Shown here: in pieces, positions 52,651-64,000 of the stretch
How positions within the stretch are numbered: the first letter of the stretch is position 1
Layout: the number at the start of each line of letters is the position of its first letter
Source: Malacoraja senta
Taxonomy: Eukaryota
Length of the DNA stretch: 64,000 nucleotides
Direction of reading: 5' to 3'
NCBI GenBank assembly: GCA_038087875.1
Contig: CM075987.1
Coordinates: forward strand, 26,104,001 to 26,168,000
Program-made: the position numbers and the translations under genes
The notes under the pieces: model-generated
Told to the model about the DNA's origin: nothing
What the model saw: the letters and a program-made list of their open reading frames with translations, nothing else
Database searches by the model: none

Positions 52651-53264
52651 CTGACAAATAGACCAAAAGGTTTGAGAGAAAGTATTATTGTTTACAATGA
52701 CATTGGTTTATTATTGGTGCTAGAACTGAGGTACAGTGAAAGGCTTTTGTTTGCGTGCAAACCGATTAAATCAGATCATGCTGCACATGTAACAAGTCAT
52801 CTCCAAGCATATTGTGTGTTTGTCCTGCCCCTCCTATCTTGCACCTTCCCACCCCCCACCTTTCCCCCTCCCCACCTCCGGACCAAAACCATCACCTACC
52901 CATGTACTCCAAAGTTGCTGCCTGACCCACTGAGTTACTCCAGCACTTTATGCCTTTGACATCCTTGGCAGCCGGGAAGAAAGCTCAAGCAAGAAAAAAG
53001 TTGAAGGTGTCTTTCACAACAATAGCTATTCATTTAAAATATTGTGAATTTTAAAACATGACCAATACCATAAATCAGATGGCATGGCCAGATTGAATGT
53101 TGTAAATGCAGTCTCAATGCAGTAGGTATGGCAGGAGTCAGTGGTATTTAAAGTGATGGATGTTTTATAGAATTACCCTTTCGTTAGAACAATCTCATTC
53201 CCTTCATCACCCAAGCTTCAGATGCAAAAATGAGTTACTGAATTTTGCCCATGGTATTGTACGG

Positions 53265-53932
53265 TACTATGGTGCAGCGGTAGAGTTGCTGCCTCAACGT
53301 GACAGAGATCCGGGTTCATAAATTCAGAAGTGGTAGGAACAGAATTAGGCCATTCGGCCCATCAAGTCTACTCCACCATTCAATCATGGTTGATCTATCT
53401 TGTCCTCGGAACCCCATTCTCCTGCCTTCTCCCCATAACACCAATACTATTAGATAGTCAACTCTAAAGATAGCCAACTCTGCCGTAAAAAATACCCATT
53501 GACGACCTCCACAGCCTTCTGTGGCAATAAATTCCACAGATTCACCACCCTCTGACTCAAGCAAATTCCTCCTCATCTCCTTCCTAAAGGAACGTCCTTT
53601 AATTTGGAGGCTATGACCTCTGGTCCTAGACTCTTCCACTAGTGGAAACATCCTCCCCACATCCACAACCTATCCAGGGTTCGAACCTGACTACGGGTGC
53701 CATCTGTACAGAGTCTGTACGTTCTCCCTGTGACCCAAGTGGGTTTTCTCCAGGATCTCCGGGTTCCTCCCACACTCCAAAGACATGCAGGTTTGTAGGT
53801 TAATTGACTTGGTATAATTACATATTATCCCTAATGTGTGTAGGGTAGTGTTGGTGTGCGGGGATCGCTGGTCGGCGCGGACTCGGTGGCCGAAGGGCCT
53901 GTTTCCGCGCTGTATCTCTAAACTAAACTAAA
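53265..53932 (+). mobile_element. SINE interrupted by a reverse CR1 3' fragment (53316-53675)
   Basis: Head ends atccgggttc and resumes atccagggttcgaacc. Confidence 0.85.
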
Positions 53933-55552
53933 AACGATTGCAACTCTCCAGGCAGCAGTCCTCTTATACCTGGAGGTATTCAGGACTTTGAGATGAGTAG
54001 TGGAGAGACCATTTAGATAACACTACAGAATTGGAGAGAGGGCTGCATTCTGCCTATGATGACAGCTTGCATTAAATGTTTTGTGAATTATGTGCGTGCT
54101 GGACATTCATATTGCTCTAATGGAATTTTTACACCATGAACATTGGATCCATGAGGTGATTAGGAAAAACAGGTGACAACCTCAATGCATCTTTTGGTAA
54201 ACGCACTGGAAATTGTATGAATTGCCCCCGCACACAATGATGTCTCCATGAGAAGTAGGACAAAGAGTTTAGTTTAGTTTAGAGATACAGCATGGAAACA
54301 GGCCCTTCGGCCCACCGAGTCTGCCCCAACCAGCAATCCCCGCAGATTAACACTAACCTGCACACAGTAGGGACAATTGTTACATTTATCCAATCTAATT
54401 AAAACCCCTGTCTCACTGTGCGAGCTGACCCACGAGGTACCCCGAGTTTAAAACAAATTTAACTCATGGTAATCACGTACGATTAACGTAGCTGGGAACG
54501 TTGGAACTCGTGGACGCAACTTAGCGACTCTTGGCGCTAACTGCAGGTACCCGTGAAACTTGTTAACTCTTGGAAAAGTTCAAACATGTTTAAAGTTTTC
54601 CACGAGTAAAATGTACTCTTGTGGTTAAAAATTGAAACATTTAAACTCGTTGTAAGAACGCAGTGGCCCGTGCGTTTACCTTAGTGACTCGTGAGTCTCT
54701 ACCGTGGGAACTCTTTAACTCAGCGGGCAGGCAGCATCTCTGGAGAGAAGGAATGGGTGATGGGATGACATGTCCAAATTGGGGGGGAGTGGGGGGTTGG
54801 AGGAGGGAGGGGGGGTGGAGGAGAGAGGGTGGAGAGTGGAGGGAGAGGAGGGGGAGACAGATGGGGGTGTCTTCATTCACTAGTGGCGGGTACCGGTCAC
54901 TGAAACAGGCAGGTGAGATTTCACATCCACCTTGTGTGTGTGTGTCTCTCTCTCCCTCCCTCCCTCTCACACAGGCTGAGAGACTCTGCCTCTGTGAGTG
55001 TACTTCCCTTTCTCCCCCTCTCCCACACACAGTAAGACCGAGGTAAGTCCATCTGTGTAAGTCCATCTGTGTCTCCCACATACACAATAAAACTCTGCTT
55101 TGTGTATGTATATACGTCTCCCCCCATTTCTCTCTTTCTCCTCCCCCCCCACCTCTCTCTTTCTCCCCCCACACACAATAAGACCGATGTATTCTGCTTA
55201 GTCTCTCTTCCCTACCACACACACAGATAGACCGAGGTCCTGTGCGCTCTTTCTCTCCCCCCCACAGTCATGCCGAAGTACACCACACTGCCTCTGTGCC
55301 TCTCTCTCTCTGTCTCTCTCCCCCTCTCTCCTTCATACACAGTCAGAGGTCCACACTGTCTCTGTGTGTCTCTCTCCCCTACACACACACACACAGAGGT
55401 ACACACTGCCCGTTGTGTGTGTGTGTGTCTGCATCACCCACACACACTGTTAAAGGTACTCCATGCTGCCTGTGTGTGTGTGTGTCTCTCTCTCTCTCTC
55501 TGTCCCACCCCCCACACCCCACACACAGTCATTCAGTCAGAGGAACTCCACG

Positions 55553-55672
<120 letters not shown>

Positions 55673-56765
55673 CTCTGTCTCTCCCTATCACAGTCAGATA
55701 GAGGTACTCCCCCCGCAGTCTCTCCGCGGCCTCTCCCCGGGCAGGGTGCATCTGCCTCCCTCAGGCTGCCCAGGCAGTTAGACACGACTCCAGTGGCGGG
55801 CTCCATGCACAGCTCCTGCTGGACGGCTGGGAGCGGCGACGGAGGACAGGGGGAAGTTGGCCACCGGGAGATAACCTGTTTTATTACATATCGATGTCTG
55901 AAGAAGGGACTCGACCTGAAACGTCACCCATTCCTTCTCTCCAGAGATGCTGCCCTGTCCCGCTGAGTTACTTCAGCTTTTTGTGTTCATCTTCGACCAT
56001 TTAATTTACTTTTTAAAGAAACTTATACAATGTGCAAACGTTTTGATCATGTGGAGAATATTTGAATAACTTGTAAATAAGTCACATTTCGAATGGTAAT
56101 GTAATGGAGCTTAGAATTTTCTGGAGTGGCTTTAAAGGGGTGCCACCTACAGAAGGGACTTACATAGATACATAGAAAATAGGTGCAGGAGTAGGCCATT
56201 CGGCCCTTCGAGCCTGCACCGCCATTCAATATGATCATGGCTGATCATCCGACTCAGTATCCCGTACCTGCCTTCTCTCCATACCCCCTGATCCCCTTAG
56301 CCACAAGGGCCACATCTAACTCCCTCTAACTCCCGACTTCACGGTGTGATATAGCAGTGAGATGTGGATAAGCTCGGATAGAACTCAGGTGTGCAGTAAT
56401 ATTGAACTCAGCGCTGCACGGAAATCTTCCAAGTAGATAAAATTAAATTTAATTTAAAAATAAAAACTGCTGGCAATATTCCGCAGGTCGGTTTGCGTCT
56501 GTGGAAATAGAGACAAAAGTTAACATTTCAGGACAATGACCCTTCCACAGATGCTGTCTTCCTTACTGGGTGTTTTAATTAATGTTTCCTGCTTTTGTTT
56601 CACGCAATTTTCTTTCTCGTTTTATGGATAAATGTCAGTATGTGATCTAAATCAAATAAATGTCAGAACATGGTTCAAAATGGTAGCGCTGATCCTTCGG
56701 GGGTAAGCAGTGCGATGCCGGACCAGGATCAAAGGTCAAATGTTTCTAGGCAGTCTCGGCTCTCC

Positions 56766-56817
56766 ATGCAGTCCGAGTCTCGCTGGATCCTCGTAATCCT
56801 CTGCCTCTGTCAAATGG
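56766..56817 (+). CDS. Possible signal-peptide (leader) exon, MQSESRWILVILCLCQM/G
   Basis: Acceptor-like tgtttctag at 56741-49, ATG at 56766, hydrophobic core WILVILCLC, phase-1 donor G|GTGAGT at 56818; no downstream exon found. Confidence 0.3.
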
Positions 56818-57098
56818 GTGAGTTTAACCTGACCCCCCCCCCCCCAACCTCCCTCCACCTCAACTCACGCCTGGTCACCAAAGCAGCTCAGGAGGCGAAC
56901 CCTGAGCTCCGTCTCCCAACAATTTGTAGGTCACATCAATAGATGCGGCCGCGCTGAATTCTATCTTTAACTCAAAGCCGCAGGATGGAGATGTTGCTTA
57001 TTAAAACAGACCTTCATTGACGGTTGGCTTAAGAGTAACTCGGGAAAGGAACTTGTTAACTCGGGAGACGAACTTGGAACATTGCAGAAATGACAATT

Positions 57099-57570
57099 TT
57101 TCTTTTTTTTTCTTTTTTTAAAAATTATTTTTATTAGAAGTACGGTAAATTACAATAATACACAACACATATATCTTAATACATTTTTTGTACCGCTTCA
57201 TTTTTTTGAGCTTTAAGAAAGAGATAGAAGTAAGGAAAGTAAAGAAAGTGCGCAAGAGTCGTGAGGTGCAAGAGAGTGTTGTGAAAAGAAAGCCCCTTAG
57301 AAAAGAAGTTAGAGAAGGAAGTAAAGTAAGAAAGTAGACCCTAGAAAAGAAAGAAAATAAAGTAGGAACAATCGCAGAAAGGGAACCACCAACCAAGTCT
57401 GTTTTTGTTGTTTTACCTCCCATTACCAGGTCCTGATACCATTTATTTATGTATTTATTTTTTAAATTACTATTGCACCTCATGCTTGTAATAGGTCCAG
57501 AAACGTCGACCACGTCTTTTGGAATTGGTCTGCTTTACCTGCTAAGAGGAATCTCATCTCTTCCAGATGT
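57099..57570 (-). mobile_element. L1-clade 3' fragment
   Basis: HLEEMRFLLAGKADQFQKTWSTF, similar to 908-1000; polyA; TSD cagaaatg(a/g)ca(a/g)tt at 57085-98 and 57571-84. Confidence 0.85.
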
Positions 57571-57730
57571 CAGAAATGGCAGTTAACGGCAAACTTGAGT
57601 CATACCCGTGGGAACTCGGTTAAACTCTTGATCATACACTTGGAGTCTCGTGCACAACCACGAGTCTTTCGCTCGGGGTACCTCGTGGGTCAGCTCGCAC
57701 AGTGTGACAGGGCTTTAACTAACAAACCTG

Positions 57731-57921
57731 AAGGTGGACACAAAAAGCTGGAGTAACTCAGCGGGACAGGCAGCATCTCTGGAGAGAAGGAATGGGTGAC
57801 GTTTTGGGTAAGATCATCCATTCCTTCTCTCCAGACATGCTGCCTGCCCCGCTGAGTTACTCCAGCTTTTTGCATCTATCTTTGGTTTAAACCAGCATCT
57901 GCAGTTCCTTCTTACTCAGCC
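57731..57921. mobile_element. PLE hairpin insertion
   Basis: Inverted tails; TSD aacaaacctg at 57721-30 and 57922-31. Confidence 0.85.
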
Positions 57922-59007
57922 AACAAACCTGTGTGTCTTTGGAGGGTGGGAGGAAACCAGTTCTTGGAGGAAACCCACGCAGGTCACATGGAACCATAGA
58001 AAAATAGAAACATAGAAAATAGGTGCAGGAGTAGGCCATTCAGCCCTTCGAGCCAGCATCGCCATTCAATATGATCATGGCTGATCATCCAAAATCAGTA
58101 CCCCGTTCCTGCTTTTTCCCCATATCCCTTGATTCGTTTAGCCTGAAGAGTTATATCTAACTCACGGGGAGAACGTACAAGCTCCGTACGGACAAACACC
58201 CTTGGTCAGGATCGAACTTGGGTCTCTGGCGCTGTAAGCGCTGTAAGCGCTGTAAGGCAGCAACGCTACCGCTGGGCCACCGTGCCGCCCACAAGTGCGG
58301 AGTGAGCAGAGTTCTTAACAACAAGCAACTCCTTCCCATTAATGTAGAATTGGGGGGAAAAACTGGAGAAATTGAAAGTATCAGCGAGGAAAATAAATCA
58401 CGGCTCTGCATAGCGTCACAGAGCAATAAAACGTTCTGGCATGCTGTGTAACATAATGCCATTAGTTTGGAGCAACATTAGTGATGCATGGTTTATACAT
58501 TAAATATCAGCATTCTAGAATCATCGCATATAGCTTCCTGGCAAATCAGAGTTGCACTTAAGAAAATATTGGATTTCGATTAATGTCCTTCCTGACATTG
58601 CAGTTCAGATTGGGACAAAAGTGGACTCGTGAACATAACCTCACAATACACCAAATTACCCGTTAACCGGTGTTCAAAGGTGCAGGAGTTGTGTGAGCTT
58701 TAGTTACTACAGCATTTTGTGTCTATCTTTGGTACAGTACATGGAAAGGACAGGTTTTGGAGGGCTACGGGCCAAATGCGGGCAGGTGGGACTAGTGCAG
58801 CTGGGACCTGTTGGCCAGTGTGGGCAAGTTGGGCCTGTTTCCACACTGTAGCACTCTATCACTAATAGCGAATCTGCCAATCTCAGCCTTAAACATATCC
58901 CATATTGACTTGGCCGCCAAATGAATTCCACAAATTCACCACCCTTTTTTAACCAATATTGGGTGAGCCTTTCCCTTTGGCTTCTTGCACGAGAGCCCTG
59001 AACCGGA

Positions 59008-59392
59008 GACAATTCAGTCGCCAGTATCTGTCGCGGTTGACGTAGGTTGACGTAGGTAGTCGCCAATGGAATTCACCGTAGTCAGCACCCGGCGACAACC
59101 AACGTCACCTGGCGACAACCTGCGTCATCCTGGCGACGACCTACCACAGCACCCACGTCAGAAGACAAGCTACGTCAAAAGCCCACAGTCGCCGAAAAGT
59201 TTTGAACATTTAAAGATCCAGCGGCGACCAGAAAAACGTTACGACTCTTTAGGCGACTTGAGGAGACTCCTCACGACCATACAGGCGTCACCCCGCGACC
59301 ACATGTGGTCGCGGGGTGACGCCAGTATGGTCGTGAGAGTGGATGCCTAGTTGCCTTTGGTCACCGAAAAAATTGCCTAAGTGGGACAGGGG
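59008..59392. mobile_element. Partial Harbinger-like MITE (reverse copy of the 8752-9294 family)
   Basis: Reverse-complement match to 8760-9080; terminus ctaagtgggacagggg. Confidence 0.8.
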
Positions 59393-59761
59393 TAAAAGGA
59401 GGTTAATTGGCCACTGTAATTTGCCCCTGTTGTGTGTGTGTGAGAGTGGATGAGAAGGAGGGACAAGGTGTGAATGGGTGATCGATGATCGGCGTGGACT
59501 TGGTGGACCAAAGGGCCTGTTTCCATGCAATATTTCCCCGTGAAATGACTACTTCAGCTAAATTGGTATGTTTCCTTCTTCCCCACATCCTGGGGGAAAA
59601 AAAAAAACAGCTCGGCAGCGAAATATTTCAACCTGCAAAATTAATATAGAGAAACATAACGAAATATTCCAGGTCTGGATGACTGGCATCCTATCTTCAC
59701 CCCCATCACTGTGCCCAGGGGATTCTTCAGTGCATGATAGCAGGAGAGACACTCAACTATC

Positions 59762-59901
59762 TTCTTCTTCTTGCGTATGGCGTGCACAGCCTAAAGTTGT
59801 CGGAGAACTTGTTCTATTCAATCTTATTTGATTGTGCACGCCGGGTTGATTGCATTCGTCGAAACAGGGTGGACCACGTGAAGGTTGCAATCTCCCACCC
59901 C
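59762..59901 (-). mobile_element. Short non-autonomous retroposon with 5' HDV-like ribozyme and (GAA)n tail
   Basis: TSD (c)actcaactatc at 59750-61 and 59901/2-12; minus strand ends CCATACGCAAGAAGAAGAA. Confidence 0.85.
59848..59901 (-). ncRNA. Minimal HDV-like self-cleaving ribozyme (predicted)
   Basis: P1 GGGGUGG/CCACCCU (G1-U wobble), J1/2 GA, P2 GAUUGCA/UGCAAUC, P3 ACC/GGU, L3 UUCACGU, vestigial P4 (GUUUCGA), J4/2 CGAA. Confidence 0.8.
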
Positions 59902-59989
59902 ACTCAACTATCGGAACTTCGTAAAAGAACCTTGTGCGGTATTGCATAAAGCGTTGGTTAAAGAAGGTGAAAAGGTTTTCACTATAATA

Positions 59990-60290
59990 CGAAGATAGAC
60001 ACAAAATGCTGGACTAACTCAGGGGGACAGGCAGCAAAGCATCTCTGGAGAGAAGGAATGGGTGACTTTTCGGGTCGAGACCCTTCTTCAGACTGATGTC
60101 AGGGGAGTGGGCGGTACAGAGATAGATTGTAGTCGGAGACAGTAAGACTGGTTGGAGAACTGGGAAGGGGAGGGGATGGAGAGAGAGGGAAAGCAAGGGT
60201 TACTTGAAGCTACTTGAAGCAGCCCCCGCTGAGTTACTCCAGCATTTTGTGTCTATCTTTGACTTCAACCCGCATCTGCAGTTCTTTCCT
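59990..60290. mobile_element. PLE 3' fragment with inverted tail
   Basis: Reverse tail 59990-60210, then forward tail 60225-60290. Confidence 0.8.
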
Positions 60291-60304
60291 GCTCGCTATA
60301 TAAT

Positions 60305-60772
60305 ATCTTTTTTAAATTCTTTCTTTAATTTATTTTTATTTTTTAGAAGCAAGTACAATAATGTGGGGCCAAAGTACCTAATACTTATCGACATATTACA
60401 TTTCATATACAACTTCTTATTTTTTATTTAATAATGAAGCAAAAATAAGAAATGAAAGATTACAAAAGGAAAGATTGAGATGAAGTGTTGCGTGAGATAG
60501 CAAAATAGCCCTAGAAAAAAAATGAGGAGAAAAAAAGGAGAGAAGAAAGAAAGAAAAGAGAAACAAAGAGAAGTGGAAAGAAGATTGAAAGCGATATATC
60601 TATTTGATAATCCTACCCCCCGTCACCTGTTTCTGAACCATTATATTTCTATGATTGTGTTGCTTGTAGAAAGTCGATAAAGGGAGACCATATCAATAAG
60701 AGGTCTACCTTACCTACTAGAAGGAGTCGTATTTCTTCAACATATGCCATTTCTGACAGATTTGAAATCCAC
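60305..60772 (-). mobile_element. L1-clade 3' fragment
   Basis: EEIRLLLVGKVD..IWSPFIDF and A-rich UTR like 508-1000. Confidence 0.7.
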
Positions 60773-61104
60773 GGTTCCTTTTCTTGATTGCAGGATGAGG
60801 TGAATCGCTTCACAGGCAATAATGTATTTCGGAAACGGAGTCACCATATTAATGTGGCAGTTCATTTGCATTCAGCAAATCTTCTGTGATAATGACCGGA
60901 TGGAGTTTCTGCAGAAAGAACCATTCATCAAAATCCTTGTCTTTAAAATAACTAATTAATAAAGCATACATCTGACAAATTACGAATAGGTGTAGCACTT
61001 AGCTCCTCGAGCCAGATCTGCTATTTAACGAGATCTTGAACGGTCTGATTGCAAGGCAAATTCAATGTTCTCGTAAATTAGCAGAGTCCATTCGTAAGCT
61101 CTTG

Positions 61105-61950
61105 TAGTTTTGTTCAGTTCAGTTTATTGTCACGTGTACCGAGGTACAGTGAAAAGCTTTTTGTTGCGTGCTAACCGGTCAGCGGAAAGACAATACATGG
61201 TTACAATCGAGCCGTTTACAGTGTACAGATACATGATAAGGGAATAACGTTTAGTGCAAGGTGAAGCCAGCAAAGTCCGATCAAGGATGGTCCGTGGGTC
61301 TCCAATGTTCCCACTGGTGGGAGAGTCTAGGACCAGACGTCACAGCCTCAGAATTAAAGGGCGCTCTTTTAGAAAGGAGGTGAGGAGGAACTTCTTTAGT
61401 CAGAGGATAGTTAATCTGTGGAACTAAATGTGTAAGAAAGAACTGCAGATGCTGGTTAAAATCGAAGGTAGACACAAAATGCTGGAGTAACTCAGTGGGT
61501 GAGGCAGCGTCTCTGGAGAGAAGCAATGGGTGACGTTTCGGGTCGAGACACTACTTCACACATCTCGACCCGAAATGTCACCCATTCCTTCTCTCCAGAG
61601 ATGCTGCCTCACCCGCTGAGTTACTCCAGAATTTTGTGTCTACCTTTGATCTGTGGAACTCGTTGCTATAGTGGGCTGTGGAGGCCAAGTCAGTGGATAT
61701 TTTTAAGGCAGGGATAGACAAATTCTTGATTAAAACGGGTGTCAAGGGTTATGGGGAGAAGGCAGGAGAATGAGATTAGGAGGCAGAGATCAGCCATGAG
61801 TGAATGGTGGAGTAGACTGGATGGGCCGAATGGCCTAATCCTACCCCTATAACTTGTGAACTTGTGAATCATTGAGGTAGATAATAGTTCAGCACTGCTC
61901 TCTGGTTGTGGTAGGATGGTTCAGTTGCCTGATAACAGCTGGGAAGTAAC
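61105..61950. mobile_element. Nest: Rex/Babar 3'UTR (-) containing CR1 (+, 61305-61870) containing a PLE hairpin (61426-61648)
   Basis: PLE TSD atctgtggaact at 61414-25 and 61649-60. Confidence 0.8.
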
Positions 61951-62332
61951 TGAGAATGCCCCCTGCCTCCCTCCTCCCACCCCAAGGCCGTGCACTCTGT
62001 TGTTTCGTCAAAACGGATAATACGACAAGATTCTAGAACCAAGGGTGTCGGAAACTCATTGGTGGACCAGTATTATATTTACACATCTGTTGTGGTGCTG
62101 CAAATACTGTAAGAGATTCATTGTTAAAGCACTGTTGACTCTTGACTCTATCTCTCGTTTCCCTTTCCCCTGACTAACAACCTGAAGAAGGGTCTCGAAT
62201 CGAAACGTCGCCCATTCCTTCTCTCCAGAGATGCTGCATGTCCCGCTGAGTTATATATCATCTGTGAGGAGGTATTGACATCTGATCTTAACTTGCCCCT
62301 CGTGATTTACAACGGTTTAATTTGCCCTCAAT

Positions 62333-63190
62333 GCGCGGTGGCCCAGCGGTAGAGTTGCTGCCTCACAGCGCCAGAGACCCGGGTTCGATCCTGACTACGG
62401 GTGCTGTCTGTACAGAGTTTGTACGTTCTCCCCGTGACCTGCGTGGGATTTCTCCGGGTGCTCCGGTTCCCTCCCGCATTCCAAAGACGTGCGGGTTTGT
62501 TGGCTAATTGGCCTCTATAAATTGTCGCTACTGTGTGTAGGGTCAAACTAGTGCACGGCTGATCACTGGTCAGAGTGTCTCTGACGATCCTCCACTGCTT
62601 CTACTCAGCGGCTGTGGAAAGCATCTTGTCCGGAAACATCACAATCTGGTTTGGGAACTGCTCTGCCCAGGACAAGAAGGCTCTGCAGAGAGTAGTGCGT
62701 TCGGCCGAATGCACAATGGGAACTACACTCGCCCCCCTGCAGGAACTATACATCAGAAGGTGCAGATCCAGAGCCAGCAACATTATGGGGGACCCCTTCC
62801 ACCCCAGCAATGGACTGTTCCAGCTGCTACGGTCAGGCAAACGCCTCCGTTGCCATGCTGTGAAAACAGAGAGGATAAGAAGGAGTTTCTTCCCAGAGGC
62901 CATTAGGACTGTAAACTCCTATCTCACCAGGGACTAACTTACTGAACCAAACTACCATTGTGTTGTGTCTTTTTCAAATTGCTGTTTTTTCTTTTTTTCC
63001 TCCCACAAATATGTAATTACCGATTCTGTTCCATTCTGTTTTGTAGCTTTTTTGCGCTTTGCCACTTTTCATTTCACTGCACATCTCGTATGCGTATGTG
63101 ACGAATAAACTTGACTTGACTTGACTTGGTCGGCGTGGACCCAGTGGGCCGAAGGGCCTGTTTCCACACTGTATCTGTAAACTAAGCTAA
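62333..63190 (+). mobile_element. SINE interrupted by a Rex1/Babar fragment
   Basis: SINE 62333-62573 resumes at 63127. Confidence 0.8.
62575..63126 (+). mobile_element. Rex1/Babar LINE 3' fragment
   Basis: FYSAAVESILSGNITIWFGNCSAQDKKALQRVVRSAE...SFFPEAIR; tail aataaa(cttga)n. Confidence 0.88.
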
Positions 63191-63637
63191 GCGCTATTGT
63201 TTGATGCTATGCAGTTGGGGATTCAGCAGCTCATCTCCAAGAGCTGGAAAATGTACTCATTGTTCCAATGTAACTTTAGCAATCAACTTCACTGAATTGA
63301 TTGCAAAATTTGCTGAAAACATTTTGTTTGATTAACAGTAAACAAAAGAGTGGATGCAGCAAATTGCATCGTCATATAAATGTGTGATGCACAGATTCTG
63401 GAATGAATAATATCCCCATTACCTTTCAAAGTAATCACTCATTACTTGCAAATCTCCCATAAATCGGAGGCGATATTGAAGTCTGAAGATGCCTATTACT
63501 TGCTTCTAAATATTTGCTAGTTTTATTGCCTATATTTAAAGTCTGCAAGAATGCATGTTTCACTTTTGGGAGACGTTACGATAGATATTTGTTGTCTCGC
63601 AGATATGATGGAAATTAAGTAGAAGGTTTAAAAATTA

Positions 63638-63948
63638 GGGTGGCATGGTGGCGCAGCGGTAGAGTTACTGCCTTTCAGCGCCAGAGACCCAGGTTCGATC
63701 CTGACCACGGGTGCTGCCTGTACGGAGTTTGCATGTTCTCCCAGCGACCTGCGTGGGTTTTCTCCGGGTGCTCCGGTTTTCTACCACAGACATGCAGGTC
63801 AGTAGGTTGATTGACTATGGTAAAAAAAATTGTAAATCATTCCTTGTGAATGTAGAATATTGTTAGTGCGCGGGGATCGCGGGTCGGCGTGGACTCGGTG
63901 GGCTGAAGGGCATGTTTCCGCGCTGTATCTCTAAACTAAACTAAACCA
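63638..63948 (+). mobile_element. tRNA-derived SINE
   Basis: Full family copy. Confidence 0.88.
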
Positions 63949-64000
63949 AAGTGTGTTCGAGATTGCAACAACGTTCTGAATTTAAAAAAATTATCCCCCC

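Noticed and set aside
55680..55880. Coding exon in the GC-rich stretch (MEPATGVVSNCLG...)
   Set aside because: No recognisable protein, and it runs into a microsatellite without a clear donor.

Overview
Repeat-dense, apparently non-coding vertebrate DNA, either a large intron or intergenic sequence. The repeat complement points to a cartilaginous fish, most likely a skate or ray (inference): tRNA-headed HE1/V-SINE-like SINEs with CR1-type tails, CR1, Rex1/Babar, L1, Vingi, Penelope-like elements (PLE) and PIF/Harbinger-like MITEs. I recognised no host protein-coding gene, and nearly all listed ORFs are repeat-derived or chance frames. Highlights: (1) a ~140 bp TSD-flanked retroposon at 59750-59912 (minus) whose 5' end folds into a complete minimal HDV-like ribozyme starting at the TSD boundary, with a 3' hairpin and (GAA)n tail, and a Vingi relic elsewhere in the window; (2) about 20 PLE tails carrying a hammerhead-like core, several as TSD-flanked hairpin insertions; (3) three TSD-flanked PLE-tail insertions carrying non-PLE cargo: ~80 bp, ~470 bp copied from 47 kb upstream, and ~2.2 kb with a leader-like exon nested in a Harbinger MITE; (4) a near full-length, frameshifted Neptune-like PLE at 16-18.9 kb; (5) ten Harbinger-like MITEs sharing termini but differing internally. 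Repeat boundaries are read by eye and approximate unless a TSD or TIR is quoted.
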